Below are positions 39,830 through 54,098 of a DNA stretch of 64,000 nt, piece by piece. The translations under genes and the position numbers were made by a program. The notes under the pieces were generated by a model, which was not told the origin of the DNA, ran no database searches, and worked only from the letters and a program-made list of their open reading frames with translations. The stretch is from the human T2T-CHM13v2.0 reference genome, Homo sapiens. Where the stretch lies: assembly GCF_009914755.1 (NCBI RefSeq), contig NC_060948.1, one strand, 5' to 3'. Numbering within the stretch: the stretch's first letter is position 1; each line of letters opens with the position of its first letter.

Positions 39830-42800
39830 ATTCATTGGAATGGAAGGGAATGTAGTGTAATGGACAGGCCTGGAATAAAGTGGAATGCTACGGTCTCGAA
39901 TGGAATAAAAATGTATGGAATGGAATGCAATGAAACGGAATCGAATGTCATAGAATGTAATGGAATGCAAAAAAATGGAATCCAAAATCATTGACTGGAA
40001 AGGCTGTGTGGCGAAAGGAATTGACTCCAATGGAATGGAATCGAATGCAATGGAAGTGAATAGAATCGAACTAAATCGAATGGAATGGAATTGATAGGAA
40101 CGGAATGGAAAGGAATGCAATGATTTGGCATGGAATGGAATCGAATGGCATCGAATGGAATGGAATGGAATGCAATGGAATGGAATGTATTAGAATGTAA
40201 TGAACTTTAATGGAATGTACTCGAATGGATTCGACTGGAATGGAATGTTCTCGAAGTGAATGGACTCCAATGGAATGGATTCAAAAGGAATGGAATCGTA
40301 CGGAATGGAATCTAATGGAATGGAATTAAATGGAAGTGAATCAAATTGAATAGCACGGAATTGAATTGAATGGAATGGAATGCAACGGAATCTAATGAAA
40401 CGGAAAGGAAAGGAATGGAATGGAATGGAATGGGCTGGAATGGAAAGGAATCGAAACGAATGGAATGGAATCGAACTGAAGAGACTGGAATGGAATGCAC
40501 TGGAATGGAAGGGAGTTTAATGGAAGGTTCCCGAAAAAAATGGAATCGAATGGAATGGAATTGAATGGAACGGAATAGAGTCGAATGGAATTGAATGGAA
40601 TGGAATGGACTAGAGTGAAATGGAATCGAACCACAAGGAATGGACAGGAATAGAATGGTCTCGAATTGAATGGAATCGTATGGAATGGCATCAAACGGAA
40701 TGGAATGGACAGCCACGGAATGGAATGCACTCGAATGCAATGGAGTCGAAACTAATGGACTGGAATAGAATGGACTCGACTGGTACGGACTCCAATGGAA
40801 TGGAATCGAATGGAAGGGAATCGAACGGAATGGACTCGAAGGGAAAAGACTGCAAAGGAAAGGTCTCGAATGGAATGGAAATTAATGGAATGGAATGGAA
40901 TCGAATGAAATGGAGTCAAAAGGAATGGAATCGAATGGCAAGAAATCGAATGAAATGGAATCGCAAGGAATTGATGTGAACGGAACGGAATGGAATGGAA
41001 TCCAAAGGAATGGAATAGAATGGAATGGAATCGAATGGAAAGGACTCGAATGGAAATCACTCGAATAGAATGCAATTTAATAAAATAGGATCAAATGTAA
41101 TGGAATGGAATGGAAAGGAATCGAAACGAAAGGAATGGAGACAGATGGAATGGAATGGAACAGAGAGCAATGGTATAGAATGGAATGGAATCATCTGGAA
41201 TGGAATTGAATGGAATGGAATAATATGAAATGGAATGGAATGGAATGGAATGGAATGCCCTTGAATTAAATGGACTGGAATGGAATGGACTCGAACAGAG
41301 TGGAATGGAAAGTGTTGAGATAGAATGGAATGGACTCCTTTGGAATGGTGTAGTATGCAATGCAATCGACTGGCAGGGAATCAAAAGGAATGTAATGGAA
41401 TGGATTGGACTGGAATGCAATGGACTCGAATAGATTGGAAACGGAATGCAAAGGAATGGAATGGAATAGTATGGAATGGAATGGAAAGGAATGGAGTGGA
41501 ATAGACTAGAGTGGAATGGAATGGACTGGAAAGCAATGGACTGGAATGGAACTTTCTTGAATGGACTGGAATCAAACGGAATGGAATGCAATGCAATCAA
41601 ATGGCATGGAATAAAATAGAATGAAAGAGAATCAAATGGAATTGAATCGAATGGAATCGAATGGATTGGAAAGGAATAGAATGGAATGGAATGGAACTGA
41701 CTCGAATGGAATGGACTAGAATGGAATGGATTCGAATGGAAGGCAAAGGAATGGAATCTATTGGAATGGACTGTAATGGAATGGAATGGAAAGGATTGGA
41801 ATGGACTCGAATGGAATGGACTGCAATAGAAAGGATTCGAATGGAATGAAAAAGAATTGAATGGAATAGAACAGAATGGAATCAAATCGAATGAAATGGA
41901 ATGGAATAGAAAGGAATGGAATGAAATGGAATGGAAAGGATTCGAATGGAATGCAATCGAATGGAATGGAATCGAACGGAATGGAATAAAATGGAAGAAA
42001 ACTGGCAAGAAATGGAATCGAAATGAATGGAGTGTTATGGAACGGACTCAAAAGGAATTGAATGTAATAGAATGGAGTGGAGTGGACTCGAATATAATGG
42101 ACTGGAATGGAATGAAATCACAAGGAATGGGAACGAATGGAATGGAATGGAAAGGAATGGAATCGAATGGAAAGGAATCGAATGGAAGGGAATGAAATTG
42201 AATCAACAGGAATGGAAGGGAATAGAATAGACGGTAATGGAATGGACTCGAATAGAATGGACACGAATGCTCAAATTGAATGGACTCGAATGGAATGGAA
42301 ACGAAAGGAATGTCATCGAATGGAATTGAATGGATTGGAATGAAATCGCATAGAATGGAGTGGAATCAAATGGAATTGAATCGAAAGGAAAGGAAGCGAA
42401 TGGACTGAAATGAAATGGAATGGAATTGAATGGAAAGTAATGCAATGGAATAGAATGGAACGAAATTTCACGGAATGGAATCAAACTGAATGGAATCAAA
42501 TCAATGGAATCAAATCAAATGGAATGGAAAGGAATTGAATGGAGTAGATTGGATTGGATGGGATTGGAATGAAATGTACTGGAAAGGACTCGAATTTCAT
42601 GAAACGGAATGGAATGAATTGGAACGGAATGGACTCGAATGGAATGGAATGTCATGGAATGGCATCAAATGGAATGGCATCAAATGGAATGGAATCGAAT
42701 GCAATGGAATTCTATGGAATGGAATGGAATGCATTAGAATGGAATGTCCTCTAATGGAATGGATTCGAGTGGAATGGAATCGAATATAATGGAGTCGAAT

Positions 42801-43393
42801 GAAATGGAATTGAAAGGAGTGGGATCGAATACAATGGAATATACTGGAATGTAATGTAATGAACTCGAATGTAATTGACTGGAATGGAATGTACATGAAT
42901 GGAATGTAATCGAATGGAAAGTAATCCAATGGAATAGAATCTAATGCAATAAAACCGACTCAGATAGAGTAGAATGTAATGGAATGGAGTGCAGTGCAAT
43001 GGAATGGAATGGAATGGAATGGAATGGAATGGAATGGAATGGAATGGAATGGAATGGAATGGAATGGGATGGAATGGGATGGAATGGATAGTAATGGACT
43101 GGAGTGAAATGGACTGGAAAGGAATGGACTCAAATTGAAAGGGCTCGAAAGGAATGGAGTCAAATGGAATGATCTGGAATGGAATGAACACGAATGTAAT
43201 GCAATCCAATAGAATGGAATCGAATGGCATGGAACATAAAGAAATGGAATCGAAGAGAATGGAAACAAATGGAATGGAATTGAATGGAATGGAATTGAAT
43301 GGAATGGGAACGAATGGAGTGAAATTGTATGCAGTAGAAGGGAATAGAATGGAATGCAAGCGAAAGGAAAGGAATGGATTGGAATGGAATGGA
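39830..43393 (+). repeat. DYZ1 unit U13, 3564 bp
   Basis: Landmarks 39830/43394; extra EcoRI at 42707. Confidence 0.95.
43001..43065 (+). repeat. Uninterrupted (GGAAT)13 tract (second copy 53706-53770)
   Basis: Direct count; longest pure run I saw, at the length-variable site after GCAGTGCAAT. Confidence 0.9.
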
Positions 43394-46300
43394 ATTCATT
43401 GGAATGGAAGGGAATGTAGTGTAATGGACAGGCCTGGAATAAAGTGGAATGCTACGGTCTCGAATGGAATAAAAATGTATGGAATGGAATGCAATGAAAC
43501 GGAATCGAATGTCATAGAATGTAATGGAATGCAAAAAAATGGAATCCAAAATCATTGACTGGAAAGGCTGGGTGTCGAAAGGAATTGACTCCAATGGAAT
43601 GGAATCGAATGGAATGGAAGTGAATAGAATCGAACTAAATCGAATGGAATGGAATTGATAGGAACGGAATGGAAAGGAATGCAATGATTTGGCATGGAAT
43701 GGAATCGAATGGCATCGAATGGAATGGAATGGAATGCAATGGAATGGAATGTATTAGAATGTAATGAACTTTAATGGAATGTACTCGAATGGATTCGACT
43801 GGAATGGAATGTTCTGGAAGTGAATGGACTGCAATGGAATGGATTCAAAAGGAATGGAATCGTACGGAATGGAATCTAATGGAATGGAATTAAATGGAAA
43901 TGAATCAAATTGAATAGCACGGAATTGAATTGAATGGAATGGAATGCAATGGAATCTAATGAAACGGAAAGGAAAGGAATGGAATGGAATGGAATGGGCT
44001 GGAATGGAAAGGAATCGAAACGAATGGAATGGAATCGAACTGAAGAGACTGGAATGGAATGCACTGGAATGGAAGGGAGTGTAATGGAAGGTTCTCGAAA
44101 AAAATGGAATCGAATGGAATGGAATTGAATGGAACGGAATAGAGTCGAATGGAATTGAATGGAATGGAATGGACTAGAGTGAAATGGAATCGAACCACAA
44201 GGAATGGACAGGAATAGAATGGTCTCGAATTGAATGGAATCGTATGGAATGGCATCAAACGGAATGGAATGGACAGCCACGGAATGGAATGCACTCGAAT
44301 GCCATGGAGTCGAAACTAATGGACTGGAATAGAATGGACTCGACTGGTACGGACTCCAATGGAATGGAATCGAATGGAAGGGAATCGAACGGAATGGACT
44401 CGAAGGGAAAAGACTGCAATGGAAAGGTCTCGAATGGAATGGAAATTAATGGAATGGAATGGAATCGAATGAAATGGAGTCAAAAGGAATGGAATCGAAT
44501 GGCAAGAAATCGAATGTAATGGAATCGCAAGGAATTGATGTGAACGGAACGGAATGGAATGGAATCCAAAGGAATGGAATAGAATGGAATGGAATCGAAT
44601 GGAAAGGACTCGAATGGAAATCACTCGAATAGAATGCAATTTAATAAAATAGGATCAAATGTAATGGAATGGAATGGAAAGGAATCGAAACGAAAGGAAT
44701 GGAGACAGATGGAATGGAATGGAACAGAGAGCAATGGTATAGAATGGAATGGAATCATCTGGAATGGAATTGAATGGAATGGAATAATATGAAATGGAAT
44801 GGAATGGAATGGAATGGAATGCCCTTGAATTAAATGGACTGGAATGGAATGGACTCGAACAGAGTGGAATGGAAAGTGTTGAGATAGAATGGAATGGACT
44901 CCTTTGGAATGGTGTAGTATGCAATGCAATCGACTGGCAGGGAATCAAAAGGAATGTAATGGAATGGATTGGACTGGAATGCAATGGACTCGAATAGATT
45001 GGAAACGGAATGCAAAGGAATGGAATGGAATAGTATGGAATGGAATGGAAAGGAATGGAGTGGAATAGACTAGAGTGGAATGGAATGGACTGGAAAGCAA
45101 TGGACTGGAATGGAACTTTCTTGAATGGACTGGAATCAAACGGAATGGAATGCAATGCAATCAAATGGCATGGAATAAAATAGAATGAAAGAGAATCAAA
45201 TGGAATTGAATCGAATGGAATCGAATGGATTGGAAAGGAATAGAATGGAATGGAATGGAATTGACTCAAATGGAATGGACTAGAATGGAATGGATTCGAA
45301 TGGAAGGCAAAGGAATGGAATCTATTGGAATGGACTGTAATGGAATGGAATGGAAGGGATTGGAATGGACTCGAATGGAATGGACTGCAATAGAAAGGAT
45401 TCGAATGGAATGAAAAAGAATTGAATGGAATAGAACAGAATGGAATCAAATCGAATGAAATGGAATGGAATAGAAAGGAATGGAATGAAATGGAATGGAA
45501 AGGATTCGAATGGAATGCAATCGAATGGAATGGAATCGAACGGAATGGAATAAAATGGAAGAAAACTGGCAAGAAATGGAATCGAAATGAATGGAGTGTT
45601 ATGGAACGGACTCAAAAGGAATTGAATATAATAGAATGGAGTGGAGTGGACTCGAATATAATGGACTGGAATGGAATGAAATCACATGGAATGGGAACGA
45701 ATGGAATGGAATGGAAAGGAATGGAATCGAATGGAAAGGAATCGAATGGAAGGGAATGAAATTGAATCAACAGGAAAGGAAGGGAATAGAATAGACGGTA
45801 ATGGAATGGACTCGAATAGAATGGACACGAATGCTCAAATTGAATGGACTCGAATGGAATGGAAACGAAAGGAATGTCATCGAATGGAATTGAATCGATT
45901 GGAATGAAATCGCATAGAATGGAGTGGAATCAAATGGAATTGAATCGAAAGGAAAGGAAGCGAATGGACTGAAATGAAATGGAATGGAATTGAATGGAAA
46001 GTAATGCAATGGAATAGAATGGAACGAAATTTCACGGAATGGAATCAAACTGAATGGAATCAAATCAATGGAATCTAATCAAAGGAATGGAAAGGAATTG
46101 AATGGAGTAGATTGGATTGGATGGGATTGGAATGAAATGTACTGGAAAGGACTCGAATTTCATGAAACGGAATGGAATGAATTGGAACGGAATGGACTCG
46201 AATGGAATGGAATGTCATGGAATGGCATCAAATGGAATGGCATCAAATGGAATGGAATCGAATGCAATGGAATGCTATGGAATGGAATGGAATGCATTGG

Positions 46301-46961
46301 AATGGAATGTCCTCTAATGGAATGGATTCGAGTGGAATGGAATCGAATATAATGGAGTCGAATGAAATGGAATTGAAAGGAATGGGATCGAATAGAATGG
46401 AATATACTGGAATGTAATGTAATGAACTCGAATGTAATTGACTGGAATGGAATGTACATGAATGGAATGTAATCGAATGGAAAGTAATCCAATGGAATAG
46501 AATCTAATGCAATAAAATCGACTCAGATAGAGTAGAATGTAATGGAATGGAGTGCAGTGCAATGGAATGGAATGGAATGGAATGCAATGGAATGGAAGGC
46601 AATGGAATGGAATGGAATGGAATGGAATGGAATGGGATGGAATGGTATGGAATGGATAGTAATGGACTGGAGTGAAATGGACTGGAAAGGAATGGACTCA
46701 AATTGAAAGGGCTCGAAAGGAATGGAGTCAAATGGAATGGTCTGGAATGGAATGAACACGAATGTAATGCAATCCAATAGAATGGAATCGAATGGCATGG
46801 AATATAAATAAATGGAATCGAAGAGAATGGAAACAAATGGAATGGAATTGAATGGAATGGAATTGAATGGAATGGGAACGAATGGAGTGAAATTGTATGC
46901 AGTAGAAGAGAATAGAATGGAATGCAAGCGAAAGGAAAGGAATGGATTGGAATGGAATGGA
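43394..46961 (+). repeat. DYZ1 unit U14, 3568 bp
   Basis: Landmarks 43394/46962; 1-bp deletion at ~46083. Confidence 0.95.
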
Positions 46962-49900
46962 ATTCATTGGAATGGAAGGGAATGTAGTGTAATGGACAGG
47001 CCTGGAATAAAGTGGAATGCTACGGTCTCGAATGGAATAAAAATGTATGGAATGGAATGCAATGAAACGGAATCGAATGTCATAGAATGTAATGGAATGC
47101 AAAAAATGGAATCCAAAGTCATTGACTGGAAAGGCTGGGTGTCGAAAGGAATTGACTCCAATGGAATGGAATCGAATGGAATGGAAGTGAATAGAATCGA
47201 ACTAAATCGAATGGAATGGAATTGATAGGAACGGAATGGAAAGGAATGCAATGATTTGGCATGGAATGGAATCGAATGGCATCGAATGGAATGGAATGGA
47301 ATGCAATGGAATGGAATGTGTTAGAATGTAATGAACTTTAATGGAATGTACTCGAATGGATTCGACTGGAATGGAATGTTCTGGAAGTGAATGGACTCCA
47401 ATGGAATGGATTCAAAAGGAATGGAATCGTACGGAATGGAATCTAATGGAATGGAATTAAATGGAAATGAATCAAATGGAATAGCACGGAATTGAATTGA
47501 ATGGAATGGAATGCAATGGAATCTAATGAAACGGAAAGGAAAGGAATGGAATGGAATGGAATGGGCTGGAATGGAAAGGAATCGAAATGAATGGAATGGA
47601 ATCGAACTGAAGAGACTGGAATGGAATGCACTGGAATGGAAGGAAGTGTAATGGAAGGTTCTCGAAAAAAATGGAATCGAATGGAATGGAATTGAATGGA
47701 ACGGAATAGAGTCGAATGGAATTGAATGGAATGGAATGGACTAGAGTGAAATGGAATAGAACCACAAGGAATGGACAGGAATAGAATGGTCTCGAATTGA
47801 ATGGAATCGTATGGAATGGCATCAAACGGAATGGAATGGATAGCCACGGAATGGAATGCACTCGAATGCAATGGAGTCGAAACTAAAGGACTGGAATAGA
47901 ATGGACTCGACTGGTACGGACTCCAATGGAATGGAATCGAATGGAAGGGAATCGAATGGAATGGACTCGAAGGGAAAAGACTGCAATGGAAAGGTCTCGA
48001 ATGGAATGGAAATTAATGGAATGGAATGGAATCGAATGAAATGGAGTCAAAAGGAATGGAATCGAATGGCAAGAAATCGAATGTAATGGAATCACAAGGA
48101 ATTCATGTGAACGGAACGGAATGGAATGGAATCCAAAGGAATGGAATAGAATGGAATGGAATCGAATGGAAAGGACTCGAATGGAAATCACTCGAATAGA
48201 ATGCAATTTAATAAAATAGGATCAAATGTAATGGAATGGAATGGAAAGGAATCGAAACGAAAGGAATGGAGACAGATGGAATGGAATGGAACAGAGAGCA
48301 ATGGTATAGAATGGAATGGAATCATCTGGAATGGAATTGAATGGAATGGAATAATATGAAATGGAATGGAATGGAATGGAATGGAATGGAATGCCCTTGA
48401 ATTAAATGGACTGGAATGGAGTGGCCTCGAACAGAGTGGAATGGAAAGTGTTGAGACAGAATGCAATGGACTCCTTCGGAATGGTGTAGTATGCAATGCA
48501 ATCGACTGGCAGGGAATCAAAAGGAATGTAATGGAATGGGTTGGACTGGAATGCAATGGACTCGAATAGATTGGAAACGGAATACAAAGGAATGGAATGG
48601 AATAGTATGGAATGGAATGGAAAGGAATGGAGTGGAATAGTCTAGAGTGGAATGGAATGGACTGGAAAGCAATGGACTGGAATGGAACTTTCTTGAATGG
48701 ACTGGAATCAAACGGAATGGAATGCAATGCAATCAAATGGCATGGAATAAAATAGAATGAAAGAGAATCAAATGGAATTGAATCGAATGGAATCGAATGG
48801 ATTGGAAAGGAATAGAATGGAATGGAATGGAATTGACTCAAATGGAATGGACTAGAATGGAATGGATTCGAATGGAAGGCAAAGGAATGGAATCTATTGG
48901 AATGGACTGTAATGGAATGGAATGGAAGGGATTGGAATGGACTCGAATGGAATGGACTGCAATAGAAAGGATTCGAATGGAATGAAAAAGAATTGAATGG
49001 AATAGAACAGAATGGAATCAAATCGAATTAAATGGAATGGAATAGAAAGGAATGGAATGAAATGGAATGGAAAGGATTCGAATGGAATGCAATCGAATGG
49101 AATGGAATCGAACGGAATGGAATAAAATGGAAGAAAACTGGCAAGAAATGGAATCGAAATGAATGGAGTGTTATGGAACGGACTCAAAAGGAATTGAATG
49201 TAATAGAATGGAGTGGAGTGGACTCGAATATAATGGACTGGAATGGAATGAAATCACATGGAATGGGAACGAATGGAATGGAATGGAAAGGAATGGAATC
49301 GAATGGAAAGGAATCGAATGGAAGGGAATGAAATTGAATCAACAGGAATGGAAGGGAATAGAATAGACGGTAATGGAATGGACTCGAATAGAATGGACAC
49401 GAATGCTCAAATTGAATGGACTCCAATGCAATGGAAACGAAAGGAATGTCATCGAATGGAATTGAATCGATTGGAATGAAATCGCATAGAATGGAGTGGA
49501 ATCAAATGGAATTGAATCGAAAGGAAAGGAAGCGAATGGACTGAAATGAAATGGAATGGAATTGAATGGAAAGTAATGCAATGGAATAGAATGGAACGAA
49601 ATTTCACGGAATGGAATCAAACTGAATGGAATCAAGTCAATGGAATCAAATCAAATGGAATGGAAAGGAATTGAATGGAGTAGATTGGATTGGATGGGAT
49701 TGGAATGAAATGTACTGGAAAGGACTCGAATTTCATGAAACGGAATGGAATGAATTGGAACGAAATGGACTCGAATGGAATGGAATGTCATGGAATGGCA
49801 TCAAATGGAATGGCATCAAATGGAATGGAATCGAATGCAATGGAATGCTATGGAATGGAATGGAATGCATTGGAATGGAATGTCCTCTAATGGAATGGAT

Positions 49901-50534
49901 TCGAGTGGAATGGAATCGAATATAATGGAGTCGAATGAAATGGAATTGAAAGGAATGGGATCGAATAGAATGGAATATACTGGAATGTAATGTAATGAAC
50001 TCGAATGTAATTGACTGGAATGGAATGTACATGAATGGAATGTAATCGAATGGAAAGTAATCCAATGGAATAGAATCTAATGCAATAAAATCGACTCAGA
50101 TAGAGTAGAATGTAATGGAATGGAGTGCAGTGCAATGGAATGGAATGGAATGGAATGCAATGGAATGGAAGGCAATGGAATGGAATGGAATGGAATGGAA
50201 TGGAATGGGATGGAATGGTATGGAATGGATAGTAATGGACTGGAGTGAAATGGACTGGAAAGGAATGGACTCAAATTGAAAGGGCTCGAAAGGAATGGAG
50301 TCAAATGGAATGGTCTGGAATGGAATGAACACGAATGTAATGCAATCCAATAGAACGGAATCGAATGGCATGGAATATAAAGAAATGGAATCGAAGAGAA
50401 TGGAAACAAATGGAATGGAATTGAATGGAATGGAATTGAATGGAATGGGAACGAATGGAGTGAAATTGTATGCAGTAGAAGGGAATAGAATGGAATGCAA
50501 GCGAAAGGAAAGGAATGGATTGGAATGGAATGGA
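46962..50534 (+). repeat. DYZ1 unit U15, 3573 bp (copy of U12)
   Basis: Landmarks 46962/50535; same private variants as U12 at offset 10705. Confidence 0.95.
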
Positions 50535-53500
50535 ATTCATTGGAATGGAAGGGAATGTAGTGTAATGGACAGGCCTGGAATAAAGTGGAATGCTACGGTC
50601 TCGAATGGAATAAAAATGTATGGAATGGAATGCAATGAAACGGAATCGAATGTCATAGAATGTAATGGAATGCAAAAAAATGGAATCCAAAATCATTGAC
50701 TGGAAAGGCTGTGTGGCGAAAGGAATTGACTCCAATGGAATGGAATCGAATGCAATGGAAGTGAATAGAATCGAACTAAATCGAATGGAATGGAATTGAT
50801 AGGAACGGAATGGAAAGGAATGCAATGATTTGGCATGGAATGGAATCGAATGGCATCGAATGGAATGGAATGGAATGCAATGGAATGGAATGTATTAGAA
50901 TGTAATGAACTTTAATGGAATGTACTCGAATGGATTCGACTGGAATGGAATGTTCTCGAAGTGAATGGACTCCAATGGAATGGATTCAAAAGGAATGGAA
51001 TCGTACGGAATGGAATCTAATGGAATGGAATTAAATGGAAGTGAATCAAATTGAATAGCACGGAATTGAATTGAATGGAATGGAATGCAACGGAATCTAA
51101 TGAAACGGAAAGGAAAGGAATGGAATGGAATGGAATGGGCTGGAATGGAAAGGAATCGAAACGAATGGAATGGAATCGAACTGAAGAGACTGGAATGGAA
51201 TGCACTGGAATGGAAGGGAGTTTAATGGAAGGTTCCCGAAAAAAATGGAATCGAATGGAATGGAATTGAATGGAACGGAATAGAGTCGAATGGAATTGAA
51301 TGGAATGGAATGGACTAGAGTGAAATGGAATCGAACCACAAGGAATGGACAGGAATAGAATGGTCTCGAATTGAATGGAATCGTATGGAATGGCATCAAA
51401 CGGAATGGAATGGACAGCCACGGAATGGAATGCACTCGAATGCAATGGAGTCGAAACTAATGGACTGGAATAGAATGGACTCGACTGGTACGGACTCCAA
51501 TGGAATGGAATCGAATGGAAGGGAATCGAACGGAATGGACTCGAAGGGAAAAGACTGCAAAGGAAAGGTCTCGAATGGAATGGAAATTAATGGAATGGAA
51601 TGGAATCGAATGAAATGGAGTCAAAAGGAATGGAATCGAATGGCAAGAAATCGAATGAAATGGAATCGCAAGGAATTGATGTGAACGGAACGGAATGGAA
51701 TGGAATCCAAAGGAATGGAATAGAATGGAATGGAATCGAATGGAAAGGACTCGAATGGAAATCACTCGAATAGAATGCAATTTAATAAAATAGGATCAAA
51801 TGTAATGGAATGGAATGGAAAGGAATCGAAACGAAAGGAATGGAGACAGATGGAATGGAATGGAACAGAGAGCAATGGTATAGAATGGAATGGAATCATC
51901 TGGAATGGAATTGAATGGAATGGAATAATATGAAATGGAATGGAATGGAATGGAATGGAATGCCCTTGAATTAAATGGACTGGAATGGAATGGACTCGAA
52001 CAGAGTGGAATGGAAAGTGTTGAGATAGAATGGAATGGACTCCTTTGGAATGGTGTAGTATGCAATGCAATCGACTGGCAGGGAATCAAAAGGAATGTAA
52101 TCGAATGGATTGGACTGGAATGCAATGGACTCGAATAGATTGGAAACGGAATGCAAAGGAATGGAATGGAATAGTATGGAATGGAATGGAAAGGAATGGA
52201 GTGGAATAGACTAGAGTGGAATGGAATGGACTGGAAAGCAATGGACTGGAATGGAACTTTCTTGAATGGACTGGAATCAAACGGAATGGAATGCAATGCA
52301 ATCAAATGGCATGGAATAAAATAGAATGAAAGAGAATCAAATGGAATTGAATCGAATGGAATCGAATGGATTGGAAAGGAATAGAATGGAATGGAATGGA
52401 ACTGACTCGAATGGAATGGACTAGAATGGAATGGATTCGAATGGAAGGCAAAGGAATGGAATCTATTGGAATGGACTGTAATGGAATGGAATGGAAAGGA
52501 TTGGAATGGACTCGAATGGAATGGACTGCAATAGAAAGGATTCGAATGGAATGAAAAAGAATTGAATGGAATAGAACAGAATGGAATCAAATCGAATGAA
52601 ATGGAATGGAATAGAAAGGAATGGAATGAAATGGAATGGAAAGGATTCGAATGGAATGCAATCGAATGGAATGGAATCGAACGGAATGGAATAAAATGGA
52701 AGAAAACTGGCAAGAAATGGAATCGAAATGAATGGAGTGTTATGGAACGGACTCAAAAGGAATTGAATGTAATAGAATGGAGTGGAGTGGACTCGAATAT
52801 AATGGACTGGAATGGAATGAAATCACAAGGAATGGGAACGAATGGAATGGAATGGAAAGGAATGGAATCGAATGGAAAGGAATCGAATGGAAGGGAATGA
52901 AATTGAATCAACAGGAATGGAAGGGAATAGAATAGACGGTAATGGAATGGACTCGAATAGAATGGACACGAATGCTCAAATTGAATGGACTCGAATGGAA
53001 TGGAAACGAAAGGAATGTCATCGAATGGAATTGAATGGATTGGAATGAAATCGCATAGAATGGAGTGGAATCAAATGGAATTGAATCGAAAGGAAAGGAA
53101 GCGAATGGACTGAAATGAAATGGAATGGAATTGAATGGAAAGTAATGCAATGGAATAGAATGGAACGAAATTTCACGGAATGGAATCAAACTGAATGGAA
53201 TCAAATCAATGGAATCAAATCAAATGGAATGGAAAGGAATTGAATGGAGTAGATTGGATTGGATGGGATTGGAATGAAATGTACTGGAAAGGACTCGAAT
53301 TTCATGAAACGGAATGGAATGAATTGGAACGGAATGGACTCGAATGGAATGGAATGTCATGGAATGGCATCAAATGGAATGGCATCAAATGGAATGGAAT
53401 CGAATGCAATGGAATTCTATGGAATGGAATGGAATGCATTAGAATGGAATGTCCTCTAATGGAATGGATTCGAGTGGAATGGAATCGAATATAATGGAGT

Positions 53501-54098
53501 CGAATGAAATGGAATTGAAAGGAGTGGGATCGAATACAATGGAATATACTGGAATGTAATGTAATGAACTCGAATGTAATTGACTGGAATGGAATGTACA
53601 TGAATGGAATGTAATCGAATGGAAAGTAATCCAATGGAATAGAATCTAATGCAATAAAACCGACTCAGATAGAGTAGAATGTAATGGAATGGAGTGCAGT
53701 GCAATGGAATGGAATGGAATGGAATGGAATGGAATGGAATGGAATGGAATGGAATGGAATGGAATGGAATGGGATGGAATGGGATGGAATGGATAGTAAT
53801 GGACTGGAGTGAAATGGACTGGAAAGGAATGGACTCAAATTGAAAGGGCTCGAAAGGAATGGAGTCAAATGGAATGATCTGGAATGGAATGAACACGAAT
53901 GTAATGCAATCCAATAGAATGGAATCGAATGGCATGGAACATAAAGAAATGGAATCGAAGAGAATGGAAACAAATGGAATGGAATTGAATGGAATGGAAT
54001 TGAATGGAATGGGAACGAATGGAGTGAAATTGTATGCAGTAGAAGGGAATAGAATGGAATGCAAGCGAAAGGAAAGGAATGGATTGGAATGGAATGGA
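50535..54098 (+). repeat. DYZ1 unit U16, 3564 bp (copy of U13)
   Basis: Landmarks 50535/54099; same private variants as U13 at offset 10705. Confidence 0.95.
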
